Assembly: GCF_030028105.1 (NCBI RefSeq)
Contig: NC_092395.1
Span: forward strand, 44,110,459 to 44,174,458
Direction of reading: 5' to 3'
From: Mobula birostris
Taxonomy: Eukaryota
DNA: 64,000 nt
Part shown: positions 24,126 through 36,350 of the stretch, piece by piece
Layout: every line of letters begins with the position of its first letter
Position numbering within the stretch: position 1 is the first letter of the stretch
Program-made: the position numbers and the translations under genes
Notes under the pieces: model-generated
What the model was told of the DNA's origin: nothing
Databases searched by the model: none
Seen by the model: the letters and a program-made list of their open reading frames with translations, nothing else

Positions 24126-25479
24126 CAATGTAGCCTCCCTGGCCACCCTCAGGGTCGCTCGGCTCGCTGTCGTCTAGGGAAACAGCCTCGGCCCCGCCAA
24201 ACTGGGTAATTTGTTTGTGTGGATGCTGTGTGAGGTACCCCACCCCGCCCAAATAACAGACATTACACCAGATGCAATTAAATGATTTACAGTTTATAGA
24301 TATTACTGGAACTATATAATTAAAAGAGAATAAAATATAAAAGGAAAATAAAAGGCGCCACACTTATCAAAGTTCAATCTCTTCGTGCACAAAAACCGTT
24401 GGAGCTCAAGGACCTTCTTCTTCACCCTGCGACCCCTCGGACCACCTCGACCGGCCGCCTGGGACCAACAACGGTGGTCGACCAGACGCTCCACACGAGT
24501 CCGTCTCCGTCTCCTCGCCGAACGTCCCGCTCGGGGTCCGACCCCGTTAGCGGACTCACAGCACCTCGTCCATCCTCTGTCTCGCTCTCCCGCCTTCTCC
24601 CCCAAAACCCCGCGCATACAGTATCTTCAAATACACCAAAACCATAACAACTATCCCAATTGGTTAATAGCACCCTCTTATCACCCTCTAAACCACAATA
24701 AGCTGCTAGCGCAAACTTTCTCAGCGTTAAAGCACAACAAAGCCGCATTCCCCAGATTAACATAACAAAAACGCCATTTTAATTAGCCTCCGCAGTAACA
24801 TAAAAATCGAAACCCCCTTACAGGTATGATCGGCGGGAACCTGATGTGTGTGTCCGCTCTTGCCTGGGTGCCGGGTTCACCACAGAAGAACGATGGTATC
24901 CGGAACGGAGGGGTCACAGTCGGTGACCTCAGAAGACATTACAAAGGGCTCGCCCGAAAGCTAACTGCGATGAATATCAGTTTGAATCCGATTTGAATAT
25001 CGTCAATCGCTCTCTTCCACCCCCCCCCCCCACCCGCCGACGGCACAACAGCGATTACTGCGAACTGAACTAAACTGAACTGAACTCTGCGTCACTTGAG
25101 ACTGATCACTTTACCCCTGGACTGCGATAGAGCTTGATTGATCCTATTATCCTAGTTCTGTGTACATGTGTGTTTTATCATTGCTAACCTGTTGCATTTA
25201 TCCTTACTATTAGAGTACTGTGTTACTTAATTCTTTAATAAAACTTTCTTAGTTCCAGAATTCCAGACTCCAACTAAGTGGTCCATTTCTGCTGGTTTGG
25301 CAACCCAGTTACGGGGTACGTAACAGCAGTATTAACTTTATAACCTTTCAATTAATTAAACAATTTACAAAATTAAAGCAGTTAAAGAAAAGAGACCACC
25401 TGGACTACCGGGAATTCAGTCTCTTGGCCTCCTGAATTTGTCAGTTTTTTTTTTAATCTGTTAGTACTATAAGGGTTCT

Positions 25480-26230
25480 TGGCCCCTTCAAGTCGGTGTC
25501 ACCATTTCTCCAGAGCCAACTTGACCTCAATCAGCTCTCTATTTCTAAAGTTGTGGTTAACCTTTGCTGGGATAGCCGCCTGTAAAGAACACACATGGTT
25601 GCAGTTTATTGCCCGAAGGTGTCCTTTGAGACAACATGCACCCAATCCAACGTCAGAGGCGGAATAAATGGAACACGCTCCTCATGTCGTCTATGAATTC
25701 CTCCGAATCGGAGCTAATCTCCGGCCATCACACCCAGTGCACGGTGGCCGATGTCAGGGCTCTCCTGGTCAGGAGGGAGAGATCATGAAGACCACCTTTC
25801 CGCGCTCTTCATGGAACCAGGCCGGCAGGAATTCGAACACCAACAAATATTGCGCAATGAAGCCGTGGCAAGTTCCCGGGGCATCGCGCAATATTCTCTG
25901 GCGTAGGAAGATGTACTGGCTACACAGAGCAACGACATCCTCACCCGAGCGACTCTGGCTTCGTCCCTGCGAGAGTTGGCACACGGTGACCTGCAGGTCG
26001 TGTATCTCCAGGCGCGATCTTGAAATTTTCTCGCTGTTGCTGGCCACAGCTGACGAATGACTCTGATACCCCTCTGGGTCCATGTTGCCTCAATCGTACT
26101 GTGATGAGAGACCTTGAAGAGGAAGGAGGATTATCCCAGTCTTTGATCGAGACACGATACGAGACTGAAACGAGAACTGAGAACAAAACAAGACATTTGC
26201 CGTTAATCTATGTCAGCTGAAGTTTAAGCA
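25480..26230 (-). mobile_element. Sushi-like Gypsy gag 5' fragment with LTR end
   Basis: ORF 25769-26083 MDP..DAPGTCHGFIAQYLLVFEFLPAWFHEERGKVVFMIS resembles sushi/RTL gag; LTR-like end ...CATCACA at about 26100. Confidence 0.75.
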
Positions 26231-26246
26231 CTGAACCTCAGTTTAC

Positions 26247-26526
26247 GTGCTGTTTATATATTAATTCCTGGTGCCAAAACATGTCCGGTAATTTGTGGGG
26301 CGTCCTGAATCTTTAACGGGGCCGCGTCTGCTGTCCATATTCCATAGAGTTAGCGCGCCTAAACCGTAGATATTTGCGCGATTCTGCGTGTGTCATAACA
26401 AATATAACAGATTGACCAGCGGGGTTCGAGAGTCTTTGGTTCAAGAGTGCAGTTTCGTTGGTTGATGAGATTCCGGTTTGCTCTGGGGATCATCTCCACT
26501 CCGTCAGGAACGTCGTTGGGAGAGAG
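26247..26526 (-). pseudogene. Probable heavily decayed germline-joined Ig VJ exon
   Basis: Collinear on the minus strand: pyrimidine tract, LSQ..FLTE, SPEQTGIS, NPRW, CTACGG..TTTAG, LTLWNMD.ADAA, then V-L-A-P-G-I-N-I (each codon within 1 nt of VFGPGTKL) followed by GTAAAC. Confidence 0.5.
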
Positions 26527-26959
26527 ATGCAACAGAGAAACGAGACCGATTGAGAAAAATAAGATTGCAACTTTGTTGAACCCCAGATGATTTTGTTGTC
26601 AAATTTTTCTGGAGCAACTGTGAGTTAGAGCTTAATTTCATTGCAAACCAAATCTGAGGAGATGGTTCAATAGACTCTCTGGTGGATGGAATCAAAAGAA
26701 CTTCTGTACAATGAAGATCATGTGCCATATGTCTATGAATGTTTGGGGAGCATTTGGGGCCACAATTGAAGGTGGCTGATCAGGACGCTACGTTAACTAT
26801 CCCTGAGGTGGAGAGCCCAGAGACCCCTCTCTAATTAGCAGAGTCAAACGTGTTTTTGTGATAATCTGTGTCCATGAATAGATCAATGAAAATATTGTAC
26901 TGCTGGTGAGGATGTCCTTGGACAATGCAGAACCGAATGTCGTTGGATATATTAAGAAT

Positions 26960-27550
26960 TCCAAGGGGATCTAGAGCAGCGAGATACGTGGGTGGAAGAG
27001 AGGCAAGTGGCATTCAGTCTGCGTAAGTGCAAGGGATTGAAGTTTGGGAAGGCAAAGCAGTGTAATACGATCAGAGCAAATGTTAAATCCCTGGGGAATT
27101 TTCTAGAAGAAAGGGATGTAGGAGTGCCAATATATTGTTCTCTGAAAGTGCTGTCACAGATGAAAAGAATGGTAACAAAGTCATTCAGCACAGCATCCTT
27201 TATCAGTCAGCATATCAGTATAGATGTCAAAACATTATACTGCAGTTGTATGAGATAAAAGTGAAGCTACACCTGAGGCAATTTTACAGTTTTCATCCCT
27301 CTGTTGAAGGAATAAGTTCATTAAGCTCGAAAGGGAGCATGAAAAATTATTTTTCAGAATATTGCTGTGACTGAAAGTCTGTGTTATAGGAGATGTTGGA
27401 CATGTGAGACCTTTTTCTTGAATAGCAGGAGAGTGATATAAGATTGTAGAGGGGCGTAGACTGGGTGAACAAACAGTTGTTTACCAAGATAAAGTGAATT
27501 CAAAGCTTGAGGGCGTAGGTTTAAGGTGAGAGAAAGAATCAGAAGAGACC
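26960..27550 (+). mobile_element. Degraded CR1 3' fragment
   Basis: Nucleotide similarity by eye to the RT 3' ends of other CR1 copies in the window. Confidence 0.65.
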
Positions 27551-27552
27551 TG

Positions 27553-29900
27553 TGTCAGGTTCATTTGCAACCTCAGGAATTCCAGAAAGATCGGCAGTTC
27601 AAACCAGACAAAAATAATACAAACTTAAGCAGGAAAAACTCAGACAAAGTACACAAAACCTTGAAGTTCTGCGTAACTCATGATATCTAGAATACCTGAT
27701 GGATGGATGTAAAATTATGAGGGGAGTAGATAAGACAACTACAATGCAACACATTGAAAATCCAATGGAAATCAAATCACTGCAAATTGAGCAAAAGTGA
27801 TAAATACAAAGAGGGTTTAACAATCCCCGTAATAGATACCAACTGGGACATAACATCACAAAACGAAAGCCCAGAACTAGTCCAAAAACAAACAAAGTAG
27901 AAATGTGAGGTAAACAATCCAAGGATTATTGCATACTCATGAGGTTACACTGTGAACATACAATCCACATCCTCTGTGAAAAGAAAAATATATTTTTTTA
28001 AATAACTCTTGGTGTGACAAAACTCCCCTTCGAAATTCGTCTTCTAGCAGTTTAGGGCGATTGGGGTGAAGCCAATGAAAATCAGCAATCAGAATAGGAT
28101 GTAAAATACCCCAGACTGTAACCCAGCTCCTCGCTTGCAGGTCACAACCCTCCCAATCAACTAAACACTGAAAGTGCCCCTTAACTTGCCAGGATTCAAG
28201 CGATCTCTGGTCGGTGTAAACAGGTGCTCCATCTATGATTCTGTGAGGAGGGAGAGGCTTAGGTATAGGGACCAAAGTTCTGCAGAATCATAGTTTGAGT
28301 TTAGAGATGTGAAAGGTGGGATGGATTCGGCGATACTTGGGAAGCTGTAATCTCTATATTACAGGATTGATTCTCTTAACAACCCTTTCAACAGGGCCCA
28401 ATGAAGCCAAAGCTAGCTTCCAGGATTCTATTTTAAGGTGAACAGCTTGGGTAGACCCACACAAAGGTAGGATCCACTCATTTCCCTTGTTGCCATGGAA
28501 TTGCTGACTTATCGAAGTGTGCAAAAGTCCTCTTGGCTTTTACGTCGCTGTTTACAGCACTCGTGAAACTGTTTAGAAAATGGAACACTACGCTGACATT
28601 CACTTCCTGCTCAGGAAAGAGAGGACACTTAATCCTAAACCTACTTTCGAAAGGACACATGTTAGGCGAGGGATGATGAAATGTGTAAAGAGCTGTCTCT
28701 ACCCAAGTTAAATGGTCACCTCTGGAGGATTGATCTCCTGAAGGAAGGCAACAAAAGGTGAAATCCAAATCTTGATTAGTCCTCTCAGTCTGACCATTCG
28801 TCTATGGATGAAAACTGGAAGAAAGGCTAGAGGTAGCTTAAATAAGTTTACAAAATGTTCTAAACCTTGAACACCTCTGTCTCCCTTATTACGGAGAGAG
28901 AGCGCCTGTGGAACGTCAAATTTCCCGTTGAAGCAGTGGTCTTTGGGGTACTGCAGGTCTGTGTCTTTAGTCTTTCTTGCTGCGTGCCCGAGTGCTCGCT
29001 GTAGGGCGCTGATCACTTAATGCTGGTGGGGTGATGTGGGGGTCGTTGCCTTGCTGCTGCATGTGCTGGAGGTTTTGGTGTTTTAACGATTTTACTGTCA
29101 TTTAATCTTTGGGACACTCCTCTATTTTCGTGGATGTTTGCGAAGAAAAAGAATTTCAGTATGTATATTGTATACATTTCCCTAACATTAAATGTAGCCA
29201 TTGAACCTATTGAAGTAAATTGTGAACTCCTGCGAGAGACAATATCAGAAGGAAATCCATGTACCCTGAACACGCCCTGTAATAAAAGTCCGCAAATTCT
29301 CGGGCTGTTGCCAATGCAGTGAGGAAAAAAATTACAAGCCTTGCAAAACCGATCAACAAGAACTAAAATAACGGTAGAGGAGCATGAAAGGGGAAATCCT
29401 GAGATAAATGGGAACGGGGCTACAGGGGATGGAGAGGGAACGGAGAAGACCCTGGGAGAGGAGAATTGGAATATCTGTGATGGGCACAAATGTCAAAGGG
29501 TTGGACGAATAACCTGACCTCCCGATTAATAACAGACCACTAATAATGTCTTTTTCATGAACTCTAGGGTACCTGAAATTCCAGAGTGGGCTATTATCTT
29601 GGATGCATGACACATCCGCCCGAAGTTCGGGTGGCACAAAAAGCGACTAGGGGGAACATAGCAGGAAACTAGATTTTTGCTCTCGAGTGCGTTTCTATTT
29701 GGGAATCAATATAAATGAGACAGGAGACAAACGTTTATTTTCTAAAAGTATCGACTCCAGCATATCTATTGAATCGTGGCTTGAGAGGTTGCGGGGATCA
29801 GATTGCCTAGATAAGGCTTCAAGCTTGAGGTTCTTGGAACCCGGACGATAAGTAACGACTCTACTAAATCGGCTAAAAGCAATGCATTCTGGACATAAGC
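27553..29900 (-). mobile_element. Chromoviral (sushi-like) Gypsy fragment: RNase H end, integrase, chromodomain, PPT and 3' LTR (27553-28019)
   Basis: TYRPGSKN..ALSRQ; VILVLVDRFCKAC..VFRVHGFPSDIVS..SQFTS; chromodomain RIIDGAPVYT..LVDWEG..RSWV..ILHPILIADFH; GAAGGGGAG then TGTCACA; end ...CCTGACA. Confidence 0.9.
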
Positions 29901-30519
29901 TCAATTCCTCTGAGCCGTACGTACAACAAACGGATGTTCAGTTCCTTCAAACCAGTGCTGCCACTCTTCTAAGGTTAATTTCACAGTCAACAACTCACGG
30001 CTCTCTGTATCATAATTGGATTCGGCAGGTGATAAAAGTTCCCGAAAGTAAGCGCAGGGATACAATTTTTATTACTGGTGGAAAGTTCGAGAAAGTGGAA
30101 GCCTCGTGATGTCTATCTCCATGGATACGGTAATAAAATAAAGAGAGAGTAACTAGATATGCTACTGATCAGACTAGATGGAAGAGTGAGTGACTACCCA
30201 GGTATCTGTATGATGTCGGTCCTTCATCTATATTAATGACTTGCATTTGGGTTCAGAGGGAACATCTTTCAGATTCACAGCTGGCACAATAAATTTAGAG
30301 GATGATGATAATAGACTTTAAGGAGACCCAGGCAGGTTTGGAGTCCCTTCACTGCAAGTTGTCTATCTACTGAGTGACAAATCTGACACACTGAAACAAC
30401 AGCAGATAGATTGTGAACGTACATGGATGTAGGCATCCGAGAATCCAGGACAAACGCAGTACCTTTGTCTACATGGTAATGTTCAGGTTTGTTCTGTTCA
30501 CCAAAATCAGACAAATCCT

Positions 30520-31520
30520 ATAAACAATCCATATTACAGGTTGCGAGCCTTCATCAGAAGCTGCCAGGATTAGAAAAAATTGGTGGGAGTGATTACCGGA
30601 AGGACAAGTCAACAGCTGATAAGTGAGACCAGGCAAGGTGGTAAATTGGGGGAGGGGTGGGTGATAGGTGGATTGGCCAAAGGGTTAATGAGGTAGAAAA
30701 CTTACAGAGGGTAACAGTAGACCAAAGATCAAAGGGCATGGGGTCCCAGAGGCAGATAATGGTCATGAAGCGGAGGAGGAGAAGAGAAAGGATGAAAAGG
30801 TAACCTGAAACGGAAAGGTAAAAAGAGAAGGGGAGAAGAATAGGAGGGGTTAGAAAATACTGAAAATTAGAGAAATTTTTGTTCATACCTTGAGGTTCGA
30901 GGCTAACCAAACGGAATATGAGGTGCTGCACTTTCAAACTGAGTTTGGCCTCGTCATGGCTGCAGAGCAGTTGAATTGAAATCGTGGCAACAGAGAGATC
31001 CTGGCTTTCTCGGAGAGCAGAGAGAAGATGCTTGATGAAGCGGTATCACCAGTATAGAGAATTCGGCACCGAGAGCACGGATACAATAGATGACCCGGAC
31101 GGATTCGCAGCTGAATCTTTTCCTCAACTTGAAGGACTGGTTGGGGACCTGAATGATGAGGATAATGGAGTAGCACTTGTGACAGGGGCAGGGATAAGTG
31201 CCAGGAGGAGGATTAGTGGTGGAAGATGGGTGGACAAGAGAAAAATGTAGGAACGATATCTAAGGCCATCACCGAGATGTGTCTGGTGATGGGATATCGA
31301 ACGAGATGGCAGATTTGTGAAAAATTATACGCTGGAAGTAGAGTCCAGAGAGAAAGGATGACCTATACTTGTTATAATGGGGATAGGATGGACCATGGGC
31401 AGATGAGTGTAAAATGGAGGAGATGTGGGTGAGGGCAGCATCAATTATAAAGGAAATCGCCCTTTTTATAAATTAATGAGGACATCTAATCACCTCCCAT
31501 GTTCTAGAATAGAAAGTCTA
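30520..31520 (-). mobile_element. Penelope-like GIY-YIG fragment
   Basis: ORF 30934-31176 SGPQPV..CSRCRILYTG; the 3' end matches the copy at 16.9 kb. Confidence 0.8.
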
Positions 31521-31539
31521 AGAACAGATGCGGCATGAA

Positions 31540-34030
31540 TGTAAGAACATGAAAACGTACTTCTGCATGTATAAGAATTAAAATAGGAGCTATGTTGTTG
31601 TGACCATTACAGAGACCTGGATGGTGTAGGGGCTGGAATGGCTACTTCGATTACTAGGCTTTAGATGTTTCAGAAAGGACAGGGAGGGAGAGAAAAGAAG
31701 TGGATGCTTGGCATTGTTGATCAGAGAGAGTGTCACGGCTGCAGAAAAGGAGGAAGTCATGGAGGTGTTGCCTACCGAGTCTCTATGGTGGAAGTTAGGA
31801 ATAGGAAGGGGTCAATAACTCTACTGGGTGTTTTTATAGACCACCCAATAGTAACGGGGACATCGAGGAGAAGATAGGGAGATAGATTCTACAAAGGTGT
31901 AGTGATAACAGGTTTGTGGTGGGAGATCTCAATTTCCCAATTATCGATTGACATCTCCCTAAAGTGTTGTGTTTAGTTGTGCTGGCGTTTGTTAGGTGTG
32001 TTCAGGAAGGTTTCTTGACAAAATATGTAGATAAGCCAACAAGAGGAGAGGCTGTCCTTGATCTAGTATTGGGAAATGAACCTGGTCATGTCTCAGGTCT
32101 CTTAGTGGGAGAATATTTTGGAGATAGTAATCACAATTCTATCTCCTTTACCATAGCATTGCAGAGAGATAGGAACAGACAAGTTAGGGAAACGTTTAAT
32201 TGGAGCAAGGGGAAATATGAGGCTATCAGGCAGGATCTTGGAAGCATAAACTGGAAACAGATTGTCTCAGGGAAACGTGCGGAAGAATTGTGGCAAATGT
32301 TCAGGGGATATTTGTGTGCAGTTCTGCATAGTTACTTTCCAATGAGATGGAAAGGATGGCAAGGTACAGGAACTGTGGTGTACAAAGGCTGTTGGAAATC
32401 TAGTCAAGAAGAAAAGAACTAACGAAAGGTTCTAAAAACGGGGTAATGATGAAGATCTAGAAGATTATATGGCTAGCAGGAAGGAGCTTAAGAATAAAAT
32501 TAGGAGAGCCAGAAGGTGCAATGAGAGGGCCTTGGTGGACAGGATGAAGGAAAACCCCAAGGCATTCTACAATTATGCGAAGAGCAGGAGGATAAGATGT
32601 GGGAGAATAGGACCAATCAAGTGTGACAGTAGAAAAGTGTTTGTGGAACCGGAGGAGAAGCAGAGCTACTTAATGAATACTTTATTTCAGTATTCACGAA
32701 GGAAAAGGATCTTGGCGATTGTAGGGAAGACTTGCAACGTCTGACAAGCTTGAGCATGCAGATATTAAGGAAGAGGATGTGTTGGAGCTTTTGCAAAGTA
32801 CCATGTTTGGATAAGTCACCGGGAGTGGACGGCATGTACCACAGGCTACTGTGGAAAGCGAGGATGGAGACTGCTGAGTCTCTGGCGAAGATCATTGCAT
32901 CATCAGTGGGGACGGGAGAGGTTCCAGAGGATTGGAGGGTTGCGTATGGCTTTGTGAAAGTCAGGTCGTACCTTACTAGCCTGATTGAATTCTTGAGGAT
33001 GTGACCAAACATATCGATGAAATTAGAGCCGTAGATGTAGGGTATCTGGGTTTCAGCAAGGCATTTGATAAGGTACCCCATGCAAGTCTTATTTAGAAAG
33101 TAAAGAGGCATGGGATCGAAGGGTACATTGCCTTGTGGATGCAGAACTGCTTTGCCCACAGAAAGGAAAGTATGGTTGAAGACGAGTCATTTTCTGCATG
33201 GAGGTCGGTTACCAGTGGTGTGCCTTAGGGATCTGTTCTACCCTTCGTGATTTTTATAAATGTCTTGGATGAGTAAGTGGAGGGATGGGTAAATTTACTG
33301 ATGACACAAAGGTTGGGAGTGTTATGGATAGTGTGGAGGGCATTAATGGCGGGGTACTCTTGGCAGTGTGGGAGATCAAAGGGTTCATGGTGTCCGAGTC
33401 CACAGGACACTCAAAGCTGCTACGGAGGTTGACCCTGTGGTTAAGAAGGCATACGGTGCATTGGCCTTCATCAATTTTGGGATTGAGTTGAAGAGCCGAG
33501 AGGTAATGTTGCAGCTATATAGGAACCTGGTTAGACCCCACTTGGAGTACTGTGCTCAATTCTGGTCGCCTCACTGCAGGAAGTACGTGAACACTATAAA
33601 AAGGGTGCAGAGAAGGTTTAAAAGGATGTTGCCTGGATTGGGGAGCATGCCTTATGAGAATTGGTTGAGTGAACTTGGCCTTTTCCACTTGTACCGACAG
33701 AAGATGAGAGATGACCTGATAGAGGTGTTTAAGATAATGAGAGGCATTGGTCGTATGGATATCAAGGCGTTTTCCCAAGGCTGAAATGCCTAGGGCGAGA
33801 GGGCATAGTTTTAGGGTGCTTGGAGGTAGGTACAGAGGAGATGTCAGGGGAAAGCTTTTTACGCGGAGAATGGTGAGTGCGTGGAAATGGGCTGCTGGCG
33901 GCGGTGGTGGCGGCGGAAATGATCGGGTCTTTTAAGAGACTCCTGAATGGTTAAATGGAGCTTGGAAAAATAGAGGACTATGGATCGTTCTAAGGTAAGA
34001 ACATTTTGGGCACAGCATTCTATGTTTCTA
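31540..34030 (+). mobile_element. CR1 LINE (endonuclease and RT), degraded
   Basis: ORFs 31964-32422 (KPTRGEAVLDLVLGNEPG), 32469-32744 (KENPKAFY), 33368-33784 (LVRPHLEYCAQFWSPH). Confidence 0.93.
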
Positions 34031-34039
34031 TGTTTCTAA

Positions 34040-34205
34040 CATGGGACACACCTGTCCTTCTCCTCCCTCCCCACCACATTTATTCCATTCCCGTCCGAGT
34101 GAAGGGTGTCGCCCCGAAACATCGACTGCTTATTCGTTTTCATATTCATGCCGTCTGGCCTGCTGGACGTCCTCTAGCTTTTGTGTGTATTCACTGAATA
34201 AACAT
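34040..34205 (+). mobile_element. Penelope pLTR remnant, paralogous to 43190-43355
   Basis: Both copies share gaaacatcgactg..ttttcatattcatgc..ggcctgctgga..aataaaca; degenerate hammerhead at about 34093-34127. Confidence 0.75.
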
Positions 34206-34239
34206 AATCCTGCGTTAGCTGTTGCCGTGCTGAACATAT

Positions 34240-35980
34240 TGACTTTAGGGAACACCGAAATTACCTGGGTATGGCCAGATTAAGAAAAACCACACCTAGT
34301 TTACGTATGTGTCCATCCCTGTACACCCCGGGAAAGCCGATTTACAGGTGTGGAAATTTAATAGAGCCCTGCTGAGGCGAAGGCCACTGACAGAGTCCTT
34401 TATCCCGGGCCAGTCTTTCAAGTAGTAGCGCATCTTGGAAAATCCTTACTCTCCCCGGGGATAGGGTCTTTGGAGCTTCCGTAGGCGTTTCTACAGCTCT
34501 GTTTTTTTCTTCCGGAAAGTGGTTGTATCTCCATGTCCAATCTTCCTTCTTTCCCAGCCCTGTTTGGGACCTTCCACGGCGGAATTCCCAGAGTTGAATG
34601 TTGGTGCATTTCACTCAGCTGCAGGAACATCTTTACAGGAACCGCTCAAAAGGCAAAGCCTTCCGGAGAAACCAGCTGTCCATATTAGGAAGGAGAATGG
34701 CCTGTCCATATATGGCAGATTGATTCCAGCAGGACCACTCCACGGCAGCTACTCTTTGAATATTTGCACAGTATGGTTGTCGCCTATTTTAGTATTATAA
34801 TGGCAATTCCATGTATATTGGCGGAACAGATCTCACTCTGAATGGATTACAGAAGTTAATCATTTGTTATGGGAACCCGCAAGAAATACAATCGTTCAAT
34901 TGGTCTCATTTTTCAGGGCAAGCACTGGAAGACTGGTCTGCCAGCAATGGCATTCATTGCGTGTTTCACACATCCTATTACTCCCAGGCATTAAAAGAAT
35001 GAATGGACTCTTCGCCAATTAACGTGAACCCATTCCTTGCTGATAACACTATTCCAAGCCTTCTACAACCTGAACAACGGGTCCTTACCCCAAGATCACA
35101 AATATACTTCAGAACAGGAGGAAGATGCGGGCGCCAAAGGGCCTAATACAGAGGGGAGGGAAAGTGGAAACATGATAAAAATCGGACCGATACTGTTTTT
35201 TCAGCATTGAGAGAGAAGGAGCGAGATGCCTGAATTAAGGGGTGGGGGTGGGGGAGGGAAAGGAGTCTAGCTAGAAAGTGATAGCTGAAACAAGGCGGAT
35301 GGGAAAGGTCAAGGAATAGGGAAAAAAGAATCTGACAGGAGAGAAGAGCGGACAATGTGAGAAAGGTACGGAGGGTGGGACCCAGGACCCTGTATGGAGG
35401 TGACGGAGCAGATGTGCGGGAGGGAAAGTATGTGAGCATATTCCAACTTAATGACTTTGCAAGGGGGAGATGGTGGGAAACGGAAATGATCATTCCTACG
35501 AGTGCAAGAGAAAGAATACCTGATGTGTTTAAACAGGAGGAATAAAAAGTGGAATAATTTTAAAACTCTGAAAACCTGATAATAACGGTGCATTGTTCTG
35601 CTTCAGGTAGACTGAAAGTGCTAGAACTATTGCCATCAGCAATACAGTATAGGTCTTCCTATAATCGAGATATAGACAGTACCGTCTGGGTGATTGGAAA
35701 GGACACGCGGGGGAAGACATTCTCTAATGTGATAACACCCCTTGCCCTGACACGCTCGTGGAAGCTAAGGAACAAACTTTCAAATGCAATTTTGGCTTAG
35801 CCTCCCATCATAAGTTGCTATAGTCGCACTATTTGTTGTGCATGTTCTGCAGCTAATTTAGCCGACTGCCCTTATGAAGTCTATTGTGATAATTCTACTG
35901 CTTAAACGATTATATTATAAGTACTACCTGTATTTGGCCTGTATTTTGCTCTTGTATAATCTACCAAAGAGGAATCAACG
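34240..35980 (+). mobile_element. Class III (ERV-L-like) endogenous retrovirus pol fossil (RNase H remnant, integrase), interrupted by a Penelope fragment at about 35130-35580
   Basis: HT*FTYVS (WFTDGS-like); GEWPVHIWQID; GPL; IMAIPC; NGLQKLIICYGNPQEIQS..SHFSGQALEDWSASNGIHCVFHTSYYSQA; RMNGL; QAFYNLNN; C-terminal TVWVIG. Confidence 0.85.
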
Positions 35981-35987
35981 GGTGGGG

Positions 35988-36350
35988 TGTAAGGAAAATG
36001 TTAAAATTGATTCCTTGTTAGTCTACACTTAATGTGTAACACACAGTGGGGGTTTGTAAGATGTTACTCTGGAATGTGGGAATAATTTGAGAAAGGATAA
36101 AGGGGCTTGTCCACAACAATATTTGGAGAAATGAGTGTGAGTAATATTCTACATCCCCAAGAGTAGATAATGGTGGAATCGCCCTTTGGCTGTGAAGACA
36201 AAATGATTCAGCAGCCTGGTACTGTCCCACGAGAAATGATTCGGGCAAGGAGACTTGAAGGGTATTAAACAAGGGAATATTTTGTACGTTGGGATCTTTT
36301 CTTATGCTGGGTCACGGCTAACGCTGGAGTTGGAAATAGATACAAGGACA
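35988..36350 (+). mobile_element. Putative 3' LTR of the ERV fossil
   Basis: PPT-like GGGTGGGG (35980-35987) directly followed by TGTAAGG; the 3' boundary is uncertain. Confidence 0.5.

Larger units (their letters stand above)
20737..24822 (-). mobile_element. Young non-autonomous Gypsy LTR retrotransposon
   Basis: LTRs 24129-24822 (5') and 20737-21429 (3') with TG..CA termini, differing by 4 transitions and 1 indel on my reading. TSD GGTA at 20733-20736 and 24823-24826. PBS and PPT present. The 2.7-kb interior holds remnants of gag, PR (LDPGA), RT (YVDD) and IN. Confidence 0.96.
20374..25325 (+). mobile_element. Solo LTR (about 860 bp) split by a Gypsy insertion
   Basis: TGTGACA...CGTAACA termini; 4-bp TSD GCAG at 20370-20373 and 25326-25329; AATAAA at 25237-25242. 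Confidence 0.9.

Noticed and set aside
26587-26850. Plus-strand reading resembling an Ig C1 exon (..LVDG..LTIP..RVKR)
   Set aside because: Several stops, wrong Trp-Cys spacing and no intact Cys; the opposite-strand VJ reading next to it has more collinear support
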